64,000 bases of DNA from Candidatus Chisholmbacteria bacterium RIFCSPHIGHO2_01_FULL_52_32 (GTDB lineage: Bacteria; Patescibacteriota; Microgenomatia; UBA1400; Chisholmbacteraceae): the NCBI GenBank assembly GCA_001816585.1, contig MHCJ01000006.1, forward strand, positions 40 to 64,039. The letters run 5' to 3'. Positions 8,469 through 18,290 of the stretch are shown piece after piece (positions within the stretch are counted from its first letter, which is position 1; each line of letters starts with the position of its first letter). The position numbers and the translations under genes were made by a program. The notes under the pieces are model-generated. The model was not told the DNA's origin. It worked only from the letters and a program-made list of their open reading frames with translations, and did no database searches.

Positions 8469-9416
8469 ATGTCGAGGGGCGAAGAAGGGTATCCCTTCAT
8501 TGATCCCTTGCCAAGAACGGCTTACAATGAACTCGTGAAGAAACCACCCGTGGTATCACAACCCCTTGCTTTTAAAACCCCTCCCGACGACCAACCCTCA
8601 GAAGATTTCTTCGAAGAAGCCGCCCTTTCCGGCGAGATAAAACCGCCGAAGAGGAAAATACATAAAGCCGATCTTCTCATTTGGCTTGGGATCGGTATCA
8701 TGTTTATCCTGTTTCTTGCCACCCGATATTATCGTATGGCCAGGCTGAGTAAGTCCCTATCAATACCACCCTTCTTCCAAGCCACCCCCACTCCCAATCC
8801 AACCGCCGACTGGAAAACACATCGAAGTGAAAAGTTTATGGTAGAGCTGAAATACCCTCCCGATTGGGAATTGCACGACAGTACAAATCAAGAAAATCCA
8901 TATTTACAAATTATAAAACGTGGTCCTTCAGGCTCCGAGCTTGATTGGACCGATGGTTCAGTGCTTAGCATCTCTATGACTGACTCTATTGAAGTCAATC
9001 TTGAAAAAGAATTTGTCTTACCTCATGATATCGTCGAAAAAATGAACCCAAAAGTATTTAGCTTCAATGGTTGGCAAGGATATAGACATAGTAAGTTCTT
9101 TGATTCTCCTGAAAATCGTCCCGAAAACTATTTTGAAGAGATTATCGCAACAAACACATCGCAGTCTGGAAAGATATTCAGAATCACTTGGTCCCAGATG
9201 AATGCCAATAACGGACTGACAGCAGAAAAATATCTTTTCCCGATCCTCTCCAGCTTCAAATTTCTAGACGAAAAGGCTGAAAATGCGAAGTGTGCTCAAG
9301 ACTCCGATTGTCAGAGCATCTGTGACGTATGCAGAGAAGGAGTCTGTAAGTACCAACTCGGCTGCCATCCGCTGCCCGATGAACTACGTTACGAAGAGAC
9401 ACCAACGATCGAATAG
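8469..9416 (+). CDS. Hypothetical membrane-anchored exported protein (PsbP-like domain, Cys-rich tail)
   Basis: Single TM, PTPNPTADWKT...LKYPPDW...ILSSFKFLD pattern, C-terminal 6-Cys motif. Confidence 0.7.
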   Translation: MSRGEEGYPFIDPLPRTAYNELVKKPPVVSQPLAFKTPPDDQPSEDFFEEAALSGEIKPPKRKIHKADLLIWLGIGIMFILFLATRYYRMARLSKSLSIPPFFQATPTPNPTADWKTHRSEKFMVELKYPPDWELHDSTNQENPYLQIIKRGPSGSELDWTDGSVLSISMTDSIEVNLEKEFVLPHDIVEKMNPKVFSFNGWQGYRHSKFFDSPENRPENYFEEIIATNTSQSGKIFRITWSQMNANNGLTAEKYLFPILSSFKFLDEKAENAKCAQDSDCQSICDVCREGVCKYQLGCHPLPDELRYEETPTIE

Positions 9417-9432
9417 AAACTCTCAGTAGAAC

Positions 9433-9903
9433 CTACTCTCCCTCGAGAACCACCGGATCCCCAAGCTTCACCCCATGCCGCTCGGCCCAACCGCTGTTGA
9501 CCTCAAGCACCCACGTGGCCGGCAACCAGGTTGAGACCCGGGTCTCCGTACCATCCTCCCCTTCCCCCGGCGCTGGCACTTTGTGGGCAATATCAACCAC
9601 CTTCCCCTGATTGATAAACAGCATATCCAAAGGAAAGCGCATACCCTTCATCCAAAACGTCCGCCGCACCGACTCATCGGAGACAAATAACATCCCCTCT
9701 TCTTCTAAAAGACTCTCCCGACCGGAAAGCCCCTGACTCCATTCCTCCGGCGTCTTCGCCATTTCAACCGCAACCACATTCTCCCCAATCCGCAAACGGC
9801 CCATTTCAACAGGCACAATCCTCTCAAACTTACCGAAGCGTATAACTCCGGCTATAATGATCACTATAAAGAGAAGAAGGATAAATAATTTAGTTCCTCT
9901 CAT
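9433..9903 (-). CDS. DUF192 family protein
   Basis: GLSGRESL...GMLF...FWMKGMRFPLDMLFI...VLEVNSG. Confidence 0.9.
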   Translation of the reverse strand: MRGTKLFILLLFIVIIIAGVIRFGKFERIVPVEMGRLRIGENVVAVEMAKTPEEWSQGLSGRESLLEEEGMLFVSDESVRRTFWMKGMRFPLDMLFINQGKVVDIAHKVPAPGEGEDGTETRVSTWLPATWVLEVNSGWAERHGVKLGDPVVLEGE

Positions 9904-10816
9904 ACGACCTTTTTCTATTCAATGAGTATAATAATAACCCACCAAGAACAATCGATAAAACACCCATCCCCTGGGCAACATTAATCCCAAAAATAGCCCA
10001 CTGACTAATCCGTAACACCTCAAGCCCAAATCGACCCGCCCCATACAGTATAAGATACACGAAAAAATAGCTCCCTGCATGCAAGCGGAACCTCTTCCTC
10101 CAAATCAAAAACAGAACACCGAAAACGCCAAGCGAATACAGCGATTCGTAGAGGAAAAGGGGATGAAAATGGGTAAAATCCTCAAAACCGGCCATCCGAA
10201 ACTCGGGCGGGATAAAAAGACCCCAGGGAAGATCAGTCGGTTTCCCGTAGAGCTCCCGATTAAAAAAGTTTCCCCACCTCCCGATCGCCTGCCCAATCGG
10301 CAAGCCGAACGCCGCCAGATCAGAAAAAGCTAAAAATCGGTTCCTTACGCATTCAGAAAAGAGCGCGGACGTCTTTTCGTGCAGCGAACTACGGCCAGGC
10401 TGAAAGCCTGCCAGGCTTAACAACGAAGAAAGCTTCTCTAACCAAACCTTAGGAAACAAACGAAAAGTATGTCCGCGCTCACGACGGCATAACCACCAGC
10501 AAAACATCCACAATCCAAAGATCCCTCCGGCAATCGCCCCAAAAATCCCAAGCCCCCCCGTCCAAAGAGCGGGAATCAGGGCGAGGTGTTCCCGATAGTA
10601 CTCCCACAGATCGACTACATGATAGATACGCGCCCCAACAATCCCAGGTACCACCACCCACCACAACGATCCCCAAACATCGTTTGGGGATAATTCGAAT
10701 TTCGAATTTCGAATTTCGAATTTTCGCGCGAAGCGCGAGGCCACCCAAAATCCGACCAGAATCCCCAGTCCTACGAGAAGACCATAGGGGTGAATCATCA
10801 GTGAGAAAGTTTCCAT
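9890..10816 (-). CDS. lgt: Prolipoprotein diacylglyceryl transferase with an in-frame palindromic insertion
   Basis: PYGL, IVGARIYHV, GGLGIFGAI, GQAIGRWGNFFNRELYG, HPLFLYES; start chosen at METF. Confidence 0.93.
   Translation of the reverse strand: METFSLMIHPYGLLVGLGILVGFWVASRFARKFEIRNSKFELSPNDVWGSLWWVVVPGIVGARIYHVVDLWEYYREHLALIPALWTGGLGIFGAIAGGIFGLWMFCWWLCRRERGHTFRLFPKVWLEKLSSLLSLAGFQPGRSSLHEKTSALFSECVRNRFLAFSDLAAFGLPIGQAIGRWGNFFNRELYGKPTDLPWGLFIPPEFRMAGFEDFTHFHPLFLYESLYSLGVFGVLFLIWRKRFRLHAGSYFFVYLILYGAGRFGLEVLRISQWAIFGINVAQGMGVLSIVLGGLLLYSLNRKRSYERN
10361..10480. repeat. 120-bp palindromic element in frame within lgt
   Basis: Terminal inverted repeats gagcgcggac/gtccgcgctc, extended by cttttcgt/acgaaaag; length is a multiple of 3. 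Confidence 0.8.
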
Positions 10817-10854
10817 TCTGCTTCCTCTATTGTAGCCCAATCAAAAAAAAGGAA

Positions 10855-11415
10855 TCACAAAAGAAGGAGGTTGAGCAGCCCAAATCCACCAGTGAGGATC
10901 CACACAAACGTCCGTTGTTCTTCGGGTGAAACCTCTCGGGAAACCATCCAAAACAACCAGGAATTGAGGTGCTGCGGCCGCGTGAGCTGATCGCGCCAGA
11001 TATCGTAGACGAGGTGAACCATCAACCCGAGCGCAATCCCTTTCCCAAACAATCCCGAGGTTGAGGTGATCGCAAAGAACAGCACGGGAATAAAAACCAA
11101 CGCAAATACACCATTGCGAAAAGCCAGGTGGTACTGCTCTCCTCGACGAAGGAGAAGAGTTTGGAGTGCTTCCCGAAGTTTCCTTTGTCCCACCAACGAG
11201 GAAACCTGTTGCGAAAGCTGCTCGTGCGGCCGAGTGGCGTATACATGGATCACTCGGTCAAGGCCTAGAAGCGCCATTCCGATTGCGCCCCCGACCCAAA
11301 GTCCTACAAGATCAAACATCCCCCGAACGCTCCCGGGCCACTCCCACCGAAGAAGCATAAAGACAATCAAATAGACAACTAGCACACGGACATGCTCAGA
11401 AATCAACTTACGCAT
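10855..11415 (-). CDS. Hypothetical membrane protein
   Basis: Multi-TM ORF; ATG (MRKLI) lies 6 nt after a TACAGT -10-like box. Confidence 0.75.
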   Translation of the reverse strand: MRKLISEHVRVLVVYLIVFMLLRWEWPGSVRGMFDLVGLWVGGAIGMALLGLDRVIHVYATRPHEQLSQQVSSLVGQRKLREALQTLLLRRGEQYHLAFRNGVFALVFIPVLFFAITSTSGLFGKGIALGLMVHLVYDIWRDQLTRPQHLNSWLFWMVSREVSPEEQRTFVWILTGGFGLLNLLLL

Positions 11416-11504
11416 ACTATTACTGTAGCACAACTAAACTCCACGCAACAAGAAACCCCGGCAACAAACCAAGTACCCTTTGAGCGGCTTCTTTGTTCTT
11501 CATT

Positions 11505-11685
11505 CCCCTTTGAACGCAGCAATTCAAGACGAGCCGAGCGAAGACCATTAAAAAAGCGACCACTGTTCGACGAGCCTTTAGAGCGAGAAGTTTGGTCGCA
11601 TAGTCTAAAGGGAGGCGAAGTCCTGAATGACCGTTCAAGGGGCACCCTTTCTTGGTTCCTTCTTTGGGTGAGCAAAGAAGGAACT
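11505..11685. repeat. ~180-bp structured intergenic repeat, copy 1
   Basis: ccccttTGAACG...CGTTCAagggg closing stem, ctgttcgacga...gagaagttt core, terminal ttccttctttg/caaagaaggaa hairpin. Confidence 0.8.
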
Positions 11686-11752
11686 GCCATTCTTGGGCAC
11701 ACAAAGAAAGTGGCTTTTTTTGGACAAGAGAAGAAACGGCCAGCCATCCCCT

Positions 11753-12037
11753 TTACCGCCGGACCTCAAAACCCCGAAGTGCCTCTGGTTTCTCCCAAGA
11801 AACATCAACCTTGCTCACCTTGGCAGACGGGCTCCCCTCCCAACACCAAGCGATCATTTCGTTGACCGCCGTCTTCTCCCCCTCAAACGCCGCCTCCACC
11901 CTTCCATCCGGAAGATTCCGGACCCATCCGGATAGCCCCAATGCCTGTGCCTCCTTCTGGGTATAGGCGCGAAAGAACACGCCTTGAACGAGGCCGGAAA
12001 TAACAACCTGTGCGCGAACCCGCATAATAATTACCAA
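11753..12037 (-). CDS. acyP: Acylphosphatase
   Basis: GLVQGVFFR...GWVRNLPDGRVE. Confidence 0.95.
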   Translation of the reverse strand: MVIIMRVRAQVVISGLVQGVFFRAYTQKEAQALGLSGWVRNLPDGRVEAAFEGEKTAVNEMIAWCWEGSPSAKVSKVDVSWEKPEALRGFEVRR

Positions 12038-12128
12038 TAATACAAATCCGACAAATAGTACAAATCAATCTTTATCTATATTCAATTTTTTTCTTTGGCA
12101 GAAATAATGATGCTCGACACGATTTTCG

Positions 12129-12458
12129 CTATTTCTTTCCCTTCTTGGCGGAGTTATTCCACAGACATCTCCCCAAATCCACATGCATCTCATCTCGAAA
12201 ACTCACTCCCTCAGCCTGCAACCTCCTTCGCTGCTCCGTCGCTCCGTCAAAGACAAAATTCGGCGCCAGTCTGCCGTTTCGGTCCACCACCCGGTGACAT
12301 GGCACCTTTGGATCGTTATTCGCATGCATTGCATGCCCGACCCTCCGCGCATCCCGTGTACCTAATGCCCTCGCGACCTCGCCATACGTTGTCACTCGGC
12401 CTCGCGGAATCTTCTTCACAACCCTGTAAACATCCTTAAAAAAACTCATAGATTCCAA
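12129..12458 (-). CDS. MGMT family (O6-alkylguanine DNA-binding/alkyltransferase) protein
   Basis: IPRGRVTTYGEVA...ARRVG...VPCHRVV. Confidence 0.92.
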   Translation of the reverse strand: MESMSFFKDVYRVVKKIPRGRVTTYGEVARALGTRDARRVGHAMHANNDPKVPCHRVVDRNGRLAPNFVFDGATEQRRRLQAEGVSFRDEMHVDLGRCLWNNSAKKGKK

Positions 12459-12476
12459 ATAAGTGTGTTTATGTTA

Positions 12477-12657
12477 CCCCTTTGAACGCAGCTACTCAAG
12501 ATGAGACGAGCGAATTCTAATAAGAAGTCATCGACTGTTCGACGAAGTGTTTACCACGAGGAGTTTGATGACATTGATGAGCGAGGCGAAATCCTGAGAG
12601 AACGTTCAGTGGGGTGCGCTTCTTTGGTTACTTTCTTGCGCAAACAAGAAAGTAACT
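12477..12657. repeat. ~180-bp structured intergenic repeat, copy 2
   Basis: Same architecture as 11505-11685 with compensatory changes. Confidence 0.8.
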
Positions 12658-13631
12658 TAATCCGCAAACACCTGCACAAACATCTTCCCGTACGTCCCGC
12701 CATCAATGACCCCGATTCCGATCCGCTGAAATTCTGGGTCCAGGATATTCCGCCGGTGTCCCTCACTCTGCATCAATCCTTCATGCGCCATCTCAAGGGT
12801 CGGTGCGAGTGCCAGATTCTCCCCTGCCACAAGATACATCAGCCCTGCCTCACGCAGACGGTTTCCCACATCTTTCCCTTCTGGACTGACGTGGGAAAAG
12901 TACCCCCGCTCAAACATATCCGTAGCGTGGGCTCGGGCGACACCAACGATCGCCGGATCCCACAAGAGAGCCTTGACACCCCGCTCTTCCCGCTCACGAT
13001 TCACCAACCCAAACATCGCAAGCTCCGTCTTCTCATCAATGCGAAGCGAAGGTTTTGTAACTTCAAACCCGAGTTTAATCCGCTCCGTCCCTTTCGGCTC
13101 AACAGTCAGGAAGGAGAGGGTTTCTTGGATCGCCTCGCCGAATACGGCATCGAGCTGTCGCTCAAGCGTACTTGTCCGTCGGACTAGAAAACCCCCGATT
13201 CTACTTTCAAAGATCGTCTGTTTAACCTCCGGACGCAGTGGAAGGGAAGTCGCAAGTGTCAACAGTACAGCGCTCACAATCAACCCATTGATGAGCGACG
13301 GGAAAAGACCGAGAAGATTCCGCCAAAGTCGGGAGAGCTTCTTTGTAGGAAGTTCCTTGAGAGCCCCAACGAGAACAACGGTGAGGGTTGCGTGGGAGAG
13401 AAGATAAACAAACAGAAATCCGATGACGTTTGCGATGCCGCGGGATAACAGAAAAAGCTGGGAAAAGAGCTCGGCAGACCTCGGATAAAAACGGAGAGCG
13501 AACACAAATGCCCCGAGAAAGGCGATAAGATCGGCGACCAAAATAAAAAAACCCTCATCCCACGCATCGACAATCCAGATAAAAAGAATAAGCAGAATGA
13601 GAAGGTCAACAATATTTCCCTGAAACAGCAT
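12657..13631 (-). CDS. CvpA (colicin V production) domain fused to a CAP/SCP domain
   Basis: N-terminal TM CvpA-like region; ARAHATDM...YFSH...GENLA...SEGHRRNIL...IGIG. Confidence 0.9.
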   Translation of the reverse strand: MLFQGNIVDLLILLILFIWIVDAWDEGFFILVADLIAFLGAFVFALRFYPRSAELFSQLFLLSRGIANVIGFLFVYLLSHATLTVVLVGALKELPTKKLSRLWRNLLGLFPSLINGLIVSAVLLTLATSLPLRPEVKQTIFESRIGGFLVRRTSTLERQLDAVFGEAIQETLSFLTVEPKGTERIKLGFEVTKPSLRIDEKTELAMFGLVNREREERGVKALLWDPAIVGVARAHATDMFERGYFSHVSPEGKDVGNRLREAGLMYLVAGENLALAPTLEMAHEGLMQSEGHRRNILDPEFQRIGIGVIDGGTYGKMFVQVFAD

Positions 13632-13723
13632 AAGGAATAATTGCTATATTGCAAAATGGTTAAATTGTTAAAAAACAATTCAACAATGAGCGAACTGATG
13701 TGAGCGGTAACAATATAACAATT

Positions 13724-14029
13724 TCATTTGTTCTCCTCATACAACGGCTCCCCTTTCTTCAACTTGGTCAATGCCCACATAAAGAGCTTTGCTTTGGAAC
13801 GCACGTTCCGAGCGTCCTTCACAAACGTCCGCGCCTGCTCGAGGTGGGCACGATTGGATACTTTGGCCAATTTGATGTAGAGGCTCTTATTCCGCTCATC
13901 GGAAAGCTCCATCGCTAAGCGATACCCATAATCCTGGAACTCCTGGGTAATATACTTCTTTTTATCCCAGTCGTATTCAAGGAGAAGTTTACCGATTGAT
14001 TGGAATTTCGCGTCCCGCTTCCTGCCCAT
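13724..14029 (-). CDS. Hypothetical protein
   Basis: 101-aa ORF in operon context (EFQDYGYRLA...LYIKLAK...LFMW). Confidence 0.75.
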   Translation of the reverse strand: MGRKRDAKFQSIGKLLLEYDWDKKKYITQEFQDYGYRLAMELSDERNKSLYIKLAKVSNRAHLEQARTFVKDARNVRSKAKLFMWALTKLKKGEPLYEENK

Positions 14030-14060
14030 ATCTGCTCCCGGTGGTATAACTCAGGCAACG

Positions 14061-14606
14061 TCATTCGCTTACCAACCCGAGAATTCCACCAAACTCCAGA
14101 ACTACCTGATCAGTCACCTGTTGTATAAGCGCCTGTTCTTCTTCCGTAAACCGCTGCAGGACATACGCCTCTCCGGTCGTCCTCTGCTCTTCCATGCCCT
14201 TCGCCCTATGCTCTATGCCGATACGAATATGCCAGAATCCCTCCGAACCCAATTCTCTATAGATCGATTGAAGTCCCTGATGTACTTTCGGCCCTTTCCC
14301 AAATTGAATCTTGTACTTCCCAAGCGGAATATCTAAATCATCATGCACGACATAAAGATTAGACTTGGAAACCTTGTAAAACCGAACCAACTTCCCGACA
14401 GCCACTCCAGATCGATTCATAAACGTCTGTGGTTTCGCCAATAAAACATCATCTACCTGGAACACCAAGCTCATATACTTTTCATTGATTTTGAATTTTG
14501 AATTTTGAAGCGTTGCTGCTAGCTCCTCCACCACCAAAAATCCGACATTGTGTCTGGTGCCAACATATTTCCCTCCCGGATTCCCCAAACCAACGACAAG
14601 TTTCAT
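14061..14606 (-). CDS. pth: Peptidyl-tRNA hydrolase
   Basis: LVVGLGNPG...TRHNVG...KPQTFMNRSG...HDDLD. Confidence 0.96.
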   Translation of the reverse strand: MKLVVGLGNPGGKYVGTRHNVGFLVVEELAATLQNSKFKINEKYMSLVFQVDDVLLAKPQTFMNRSGVAVGKLVRFYKVSKSNLYVVHDDLDIPLGKYKIQFGKGPKVHQGLQSIYRELGSEGFWHIRIGIEHRAKGMEEQRTTGEAYVLQRFTEEEQALIQQVTDQVVLEFGGILGLVSE

Positions 14607-14607
14607 A

Positions 14608-15243
14608 TCACGAAGCAGAAAGTATCCGCTTCACCTCCTCATCGGTCACCTGCCCAAATTCACGATAGAATTGTCCGACGGCAGAAAACCACTCCGGTTT
14701 ATCAAGACATATCGTGCGATCGGCTAACCGTTCAAGTCTGGTCATGGAATCCCGCGCTCCCGTCGGAACAGCCAGAATGATCTCTTTTGGGCGCTGGGTC
14801 CGAAGCCAGGAAAGCGCCGCTTCAAGTGTTGCGCCGGTCGCAACGCCGTCATCAACAACAATCACCACTTTCTCCTTGAGCACTAGGGATCGCCCCTCTC
14901 GAAATATCCGAATGTACTCCTGAATTGTCCGGGAAACCCGTCTCATCTCCCTCGGAAGATCTTCCTTCTCGATCCCAAGCTTGGAAAGAAGTTCCTCTTC
15001 AAAAATCGGCTTCCCGTCTTCAGCCATCGCCCCTATTGCCAATTCCGCATTGGAAGGTGCCCCAATTTTCTTGGTTACAATAACATCCAAAGGAAGATGA
15101 AGTGTTCGGGAAACCTCATATCCGACCACAACTCCCCCACGGGGTACGGCCAATACCAATGCATTCGGATGGTTGGAGTAGGAGAAAAGCTCCCTGGAAA
15201 GAAGTCGTCCAGCTTCTTTCCGGTCGCTAAAGACCTTTGCCAT
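14608..15243 (-). CDS. Phosphoribosyltransferase family protein
   Basis: FSDRKEAG, AVPRGGV, VIVVDDGVATG. Confidence 0.92.
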   Translation of the reverse strand: MAKVFSDRKEAGRLLSRELFSYSNHPNALVLAVPRGGVVVGYEVSRTLHLPLDVIVTKKIGAPSNAELAIGAMAEDGKPIFEEELLSKLGIEKEDLPREMRRVSRTIQEYIRIFREGRSLVLKEKVVIVVDDGVATGATLEAALSWLRTQRPKEIILAVPTGARDSMTRLERLADRTICLDKPEWFSAVGQFYREFGQVTDEEVKRILSAS

Positions 15244-15248
15244 GTCGT

Positions 15249-15590
15249 TTACAGTCCGAATTGCTTTCCCAAACGCTGAATATGCGGACCTAAAACAGGC
15301 AGTTCAAACCGCTCGCCTTGATATGCCTTGACAATACAAACCAGCCAAAACACAAACATCAAAAGGCCCCAAAAGGGTAAGACAATCCATCCGACAATCG
15401 GAATGACCGTGAGGACAATCCACCCCACTACCCACACCAGCGACAGCCCAATCGATTGCACCGCATGGAAATGGACAAACTCGTCACCCTTACGCATTGC
15501 CAACATCACAATCCCGGTGATAAGACCAAGGACATAGGAAAGTGCTGCAGCGGTATTCCTTGGCAGGGTAACGTCTTCTTTTTCCGCCAT
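15249..15590 (-). CDS. DUF4870-type membrane protein
   Basis: AAALSYVLG...FVHFHAVQS...KAYQGERFELPVLG. Confidence 0.85.
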   Translation of the reverse strand: MAEKEDVTLPRNTAAALSYVLGLITGIVMLAMRKGDEFVHFHAVQSIGLSLVWVVGWIVLTVIPIVGWIVLPFWGLLMFVFWLVCIVKAYQGERFELPVLGPHIQRLGKQFGL

Positions 15591-15837
15591 AATCTCGTCT
15601 CACCACCTTTCTAGCACCATAATATATTTCGATAGTCGCAGCCCCGTACTGGAGCCTGATTTTTGAAACGGCTGGACTCGCCTCGATTCGAGTCGAAGCG
15701 GGTAAGCGGTTTTCAAAAATTCAAGCGACTAGTTCTGGGGCAAGCACCGTAAAAAATCACAAAGAGTATATTGCTCCAACTCTACCATTCGTCCCTCTGA
15801 ACATCAAGGTTTGCCCCCGACCCTTACTCCCTATTTA

Positions 15838-15936
15838 TCCTGAGCGGACTTGTCCTGAGTGACCTGTGGAGAGCCAAGCTGAACCAAATCGAAGGAGTCG
15901 AAGGACTCCATATTTATGCTGAGCGGAGTCGAAGGA
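15838..15936. repeat. Nested (three-level) CTGAGC...GTCGAAGG palindromic repeat plus a simple copy
   Basis: tcctgagcgga[cttgtcctgagtga[cctgtggagagccaagctgaacc]aaatcgaagga]gtcgaagga, then tgctgagcggagtcgaagga. Confidence 0.8.
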
Positions 15937-15939
15937 CTC

Positions 15940-17331
15940 CTAAAACAACGACATCTGAGTATCGGGCTCCGAAGCTTCTTCTCCAAAGATCTCAACCTTC
16001 CCAAAAACTCCATCGTAGCCAGGGCGGATTGAAATATTACCGTTTCGTACTTTTCGAATCGCCTCCCCTAAACGCTCTCCTTTAAACCGGGCTAATTCCT
16101 CAAGGGAAATCTGAAGCAGCACTGCAAACTCGCTTCCGAACTTTGTAACCAAAGAATGGTACTCACTAAGTACAGTATTACTTGATACACCAGAATGATA
16201 AACTTCACTTAATATCTCCAGCAGGGGAACAAGCATGACAAAAGGCGGCCGCGTTTCGTCTGACGGATGAGAAAGAGAAGTCACACCAACTGTATCCGAC
16301 TTCCGCGCGGTCGTTAAAGCGAATAACTCGTGATCGCTTAACTGGTCAACCCTGTACATCACCCCGACCGTCAGCGGTCTCCCGCAGACATGGCAGATAA
16401 CCCCTCGCTTTCGTGTCTCCTCCGGCGATTGAATAACCCCACAACTGCGATGTCCATCATAATGGTACTTCCCCTCCTCCGGATAGAATTCGATTGTAGA
16501 GGCAATCTGAAGCTTCCCCTCGTTCCTCCCCAAAAAACGTTCCGCAATCGCCCAATAAATATCGTTGTATTCAAAATTTGTCATTTGTAATTTGTCATTT
16601 GTCATTCCGTTTTTCTCCTGAAAAACGGTGGCCTCTCTTCCCAATTTCGGCCCGGAGTGGGCATCAGAGAATGACACGATCGCCCGCCTTTGAAGCTCGC
16701 TGATCCTCCAGTTCATAAGGGGGTCCGAAGAAAGACCGGTTTCCACCGCAAAAATCGATCCCGCCAAGTCCCCGAAACAGTCATCAATGGAGTCAAAGCC
16801 ACTTTTCGAGCCGTACAGACTAAACCACGGCGTCCACGCATGAGCCGGAATCACAAGACATCGCTGACTGACGGAAAACGCGATTTCTGCAATATCTCTT
16901 GCGGAAAGCCCGACAATGGGCCGGCCATCGGAGGCAAGATTACACCCCCGCTTCAAAAGCTCTGCGTTGATCCGCTCTGCTATCGCAAAGTCGGGAGCAA
17001 ACACAAGGGTATGAACCCTATGCGACTTTCCTCCCTGCGTGTAGATACTCGATATCTCCGCCGAAAGCAAAAACTTCACCTCACCCTGATCTCCTGGTCC
17101 CACCGCAACTTTTGACTTTTGACTTTCAACTTTTAACTGATAGATGCCCTCGCTCACCTCCTCAAGTTGACTTTGGATCTCCCGAAACCAAAGCGTATGC
17201 ATCCAATCTCCAGTGGCAACCAGATCAATACCCTTTCTCCTCGCCCATGACACAATTTCCGAAAGATCCATATTTTTTGAAACTGCCCGGGAATATTTTG
17301 AGTGAAGTTGAAGATCGGCGATAAGTTCCAC
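15940..17331 (-). CDS. Endonuclease Q-like PHP-domain protein (TIGR00375 type)
   Basis: ADLQLHSKYSRA, PAHAWTPWFS, VETGLSSD, SFSDAHS, GKYHYDGHR, CHVCG, PGYDGVFG. Confidence 0.88.
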   Translation of the reverse strand: MELIADLQLHSKYSRAVSKNMDLSEIVSWARRKGIDLVATGDWMHTLWFREIQSQLEEVSEGIYQLKVESQKSKVAVGPGDQGEVKFLLSAEISSIYTQGGKSHRVHTLVFAPDFAIAERINAELLKRGCNLASDGRPIVGLSARDIAEIAFSVSQRCLVIPAHAWTPWFSLYGSKSGFDSIDDCFGDLAGSIFAVETGLSSDPLMNWRISELQRRAIVSFSDAHSGPKLGREATVFQEKNGMTNDKLQMTNFEYNDIYWAIAERFLGRNEGKLQIASTIEFYPEEGKYHYDGHRSCGVIQSPEETRKRGVICHVCGRPLTVGVMYRVDQLSDHELFALTTARKSDTVGVTSLSHPSDETRPPFVMLVPLLEILSEVYHSGVSSNTVLSEYHSLVTKFGSEFAVLLQISLEELARFKGERLGEAIRKVRNGNISIRPGYDGVFGKVEIFGEEASEPDTQMSLF

Positions 17332-17382
17332 ACGTCCTCCAAACGCTGTCTATAGTATCATACAGAAGGAGGCTGGACGATC

Positions 17383-18261
17383 ATGGAAAATAAACCGTTT
17401 TTCTCAATCATCATTCCTACCTTAAACGAGGCGACCACCCTCCCGGTCCTCCTAAAAGACCTTACTAATCAGACCTGGAAGGACGTTGAAATCCTGATCG
17501 TTGATGCCAACTCGGAAGACAAAACCAACCAGAAAGCGGAATCCTTCCGAAAATATTTCGCTGGCCTCAAAATCATCATCAGCCAACAGCGAAACGTCGC
17601 CTACCAACGGAACTTAGGCGCCAAAAACGCGAAAGCAGATTGGATCATCTTCATGGACGCAGACAATCGGATTCCCCCATACTTTCTTCAAGGGGTGAAG
17701 TACCGACTTGAGGCTTTAAATCCTGACATCTTGTCAACTTGGATCCAAGCGGAAACAAGCGACACCAAAGACCAAGCGATCGCCACGATCGTGAATCTCT
17801 ATATTGAGATGCAGAAAACCACGAACAAACCCTCCGTCCTTGAGGCAATGATGTGTTTTAAAAAAGACGTGTTCCTTCGTCTTGGAGGATTTGAAACTTC
17901 AAGAAACTGGGGAGAAGGGGGTGAAATCCTCGAGAGGGCACTCCGAAAAAAGTTCCGCTTTGAAGTCGTCAGGGACCCAAAATTCACCTACTCGCTCAGA
18001 CGCTTACGCGCGCAAGGAACCTTGAAGAGCACCCGTACTGTTGCCAGACTTGAGCTTGCCCGGCTCCTATCAAAAAGGCTTCCGAAACAGAAGTTAAAAT
18101 TTCTCTACCCAATGGAAGGCGGCGCGTATTTTAAACAGCCCACCGAAAAGCAGGTCTCAAGGTTAAGAAGACTTGTCCAACGACTCTATCGCGGGACACC
18201 AGACGATAGAGAGCAGCCAAAGCACTGGTTCCTTGACCGTCTGTTTGGCAAGAAAGCATAA
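17383..18261 (+). CDS. Glycosyltransferase family 2
   Basis: FSIIIPTLNE, VDANSED, QRNLGA, FMDAD. Confidence 0.92.
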   Translation: MENKPFFSIIIPTLNEATTLPVLLKDLTNQTWKDVEILIVDANSEDKTNQKAESFRKYFAGLKIIISQQRNVAYQRNLGAKNAKADWIIFMDADNRIPPYFLQGVKYRLEALNPDILSTWIQAETSDTKDQAIATIVNLYIEMQKTTNKPSVLEAMMCFKKDVFLRLGGFETSRNWGEGGEILERALRKKFRFEVVRDPKFTYSLRRLRAQGTLKSTRTVARLELARLLSKRLPKQKLKFLYPMEGGAYFKQPTEKQVSRLRRLVQRLYRGTPDDREQPKHWFLDRLFGKKA

Positions 18262-18290
18262 CAGTCCTTGAAGAAAAAAAGACGATCCCT

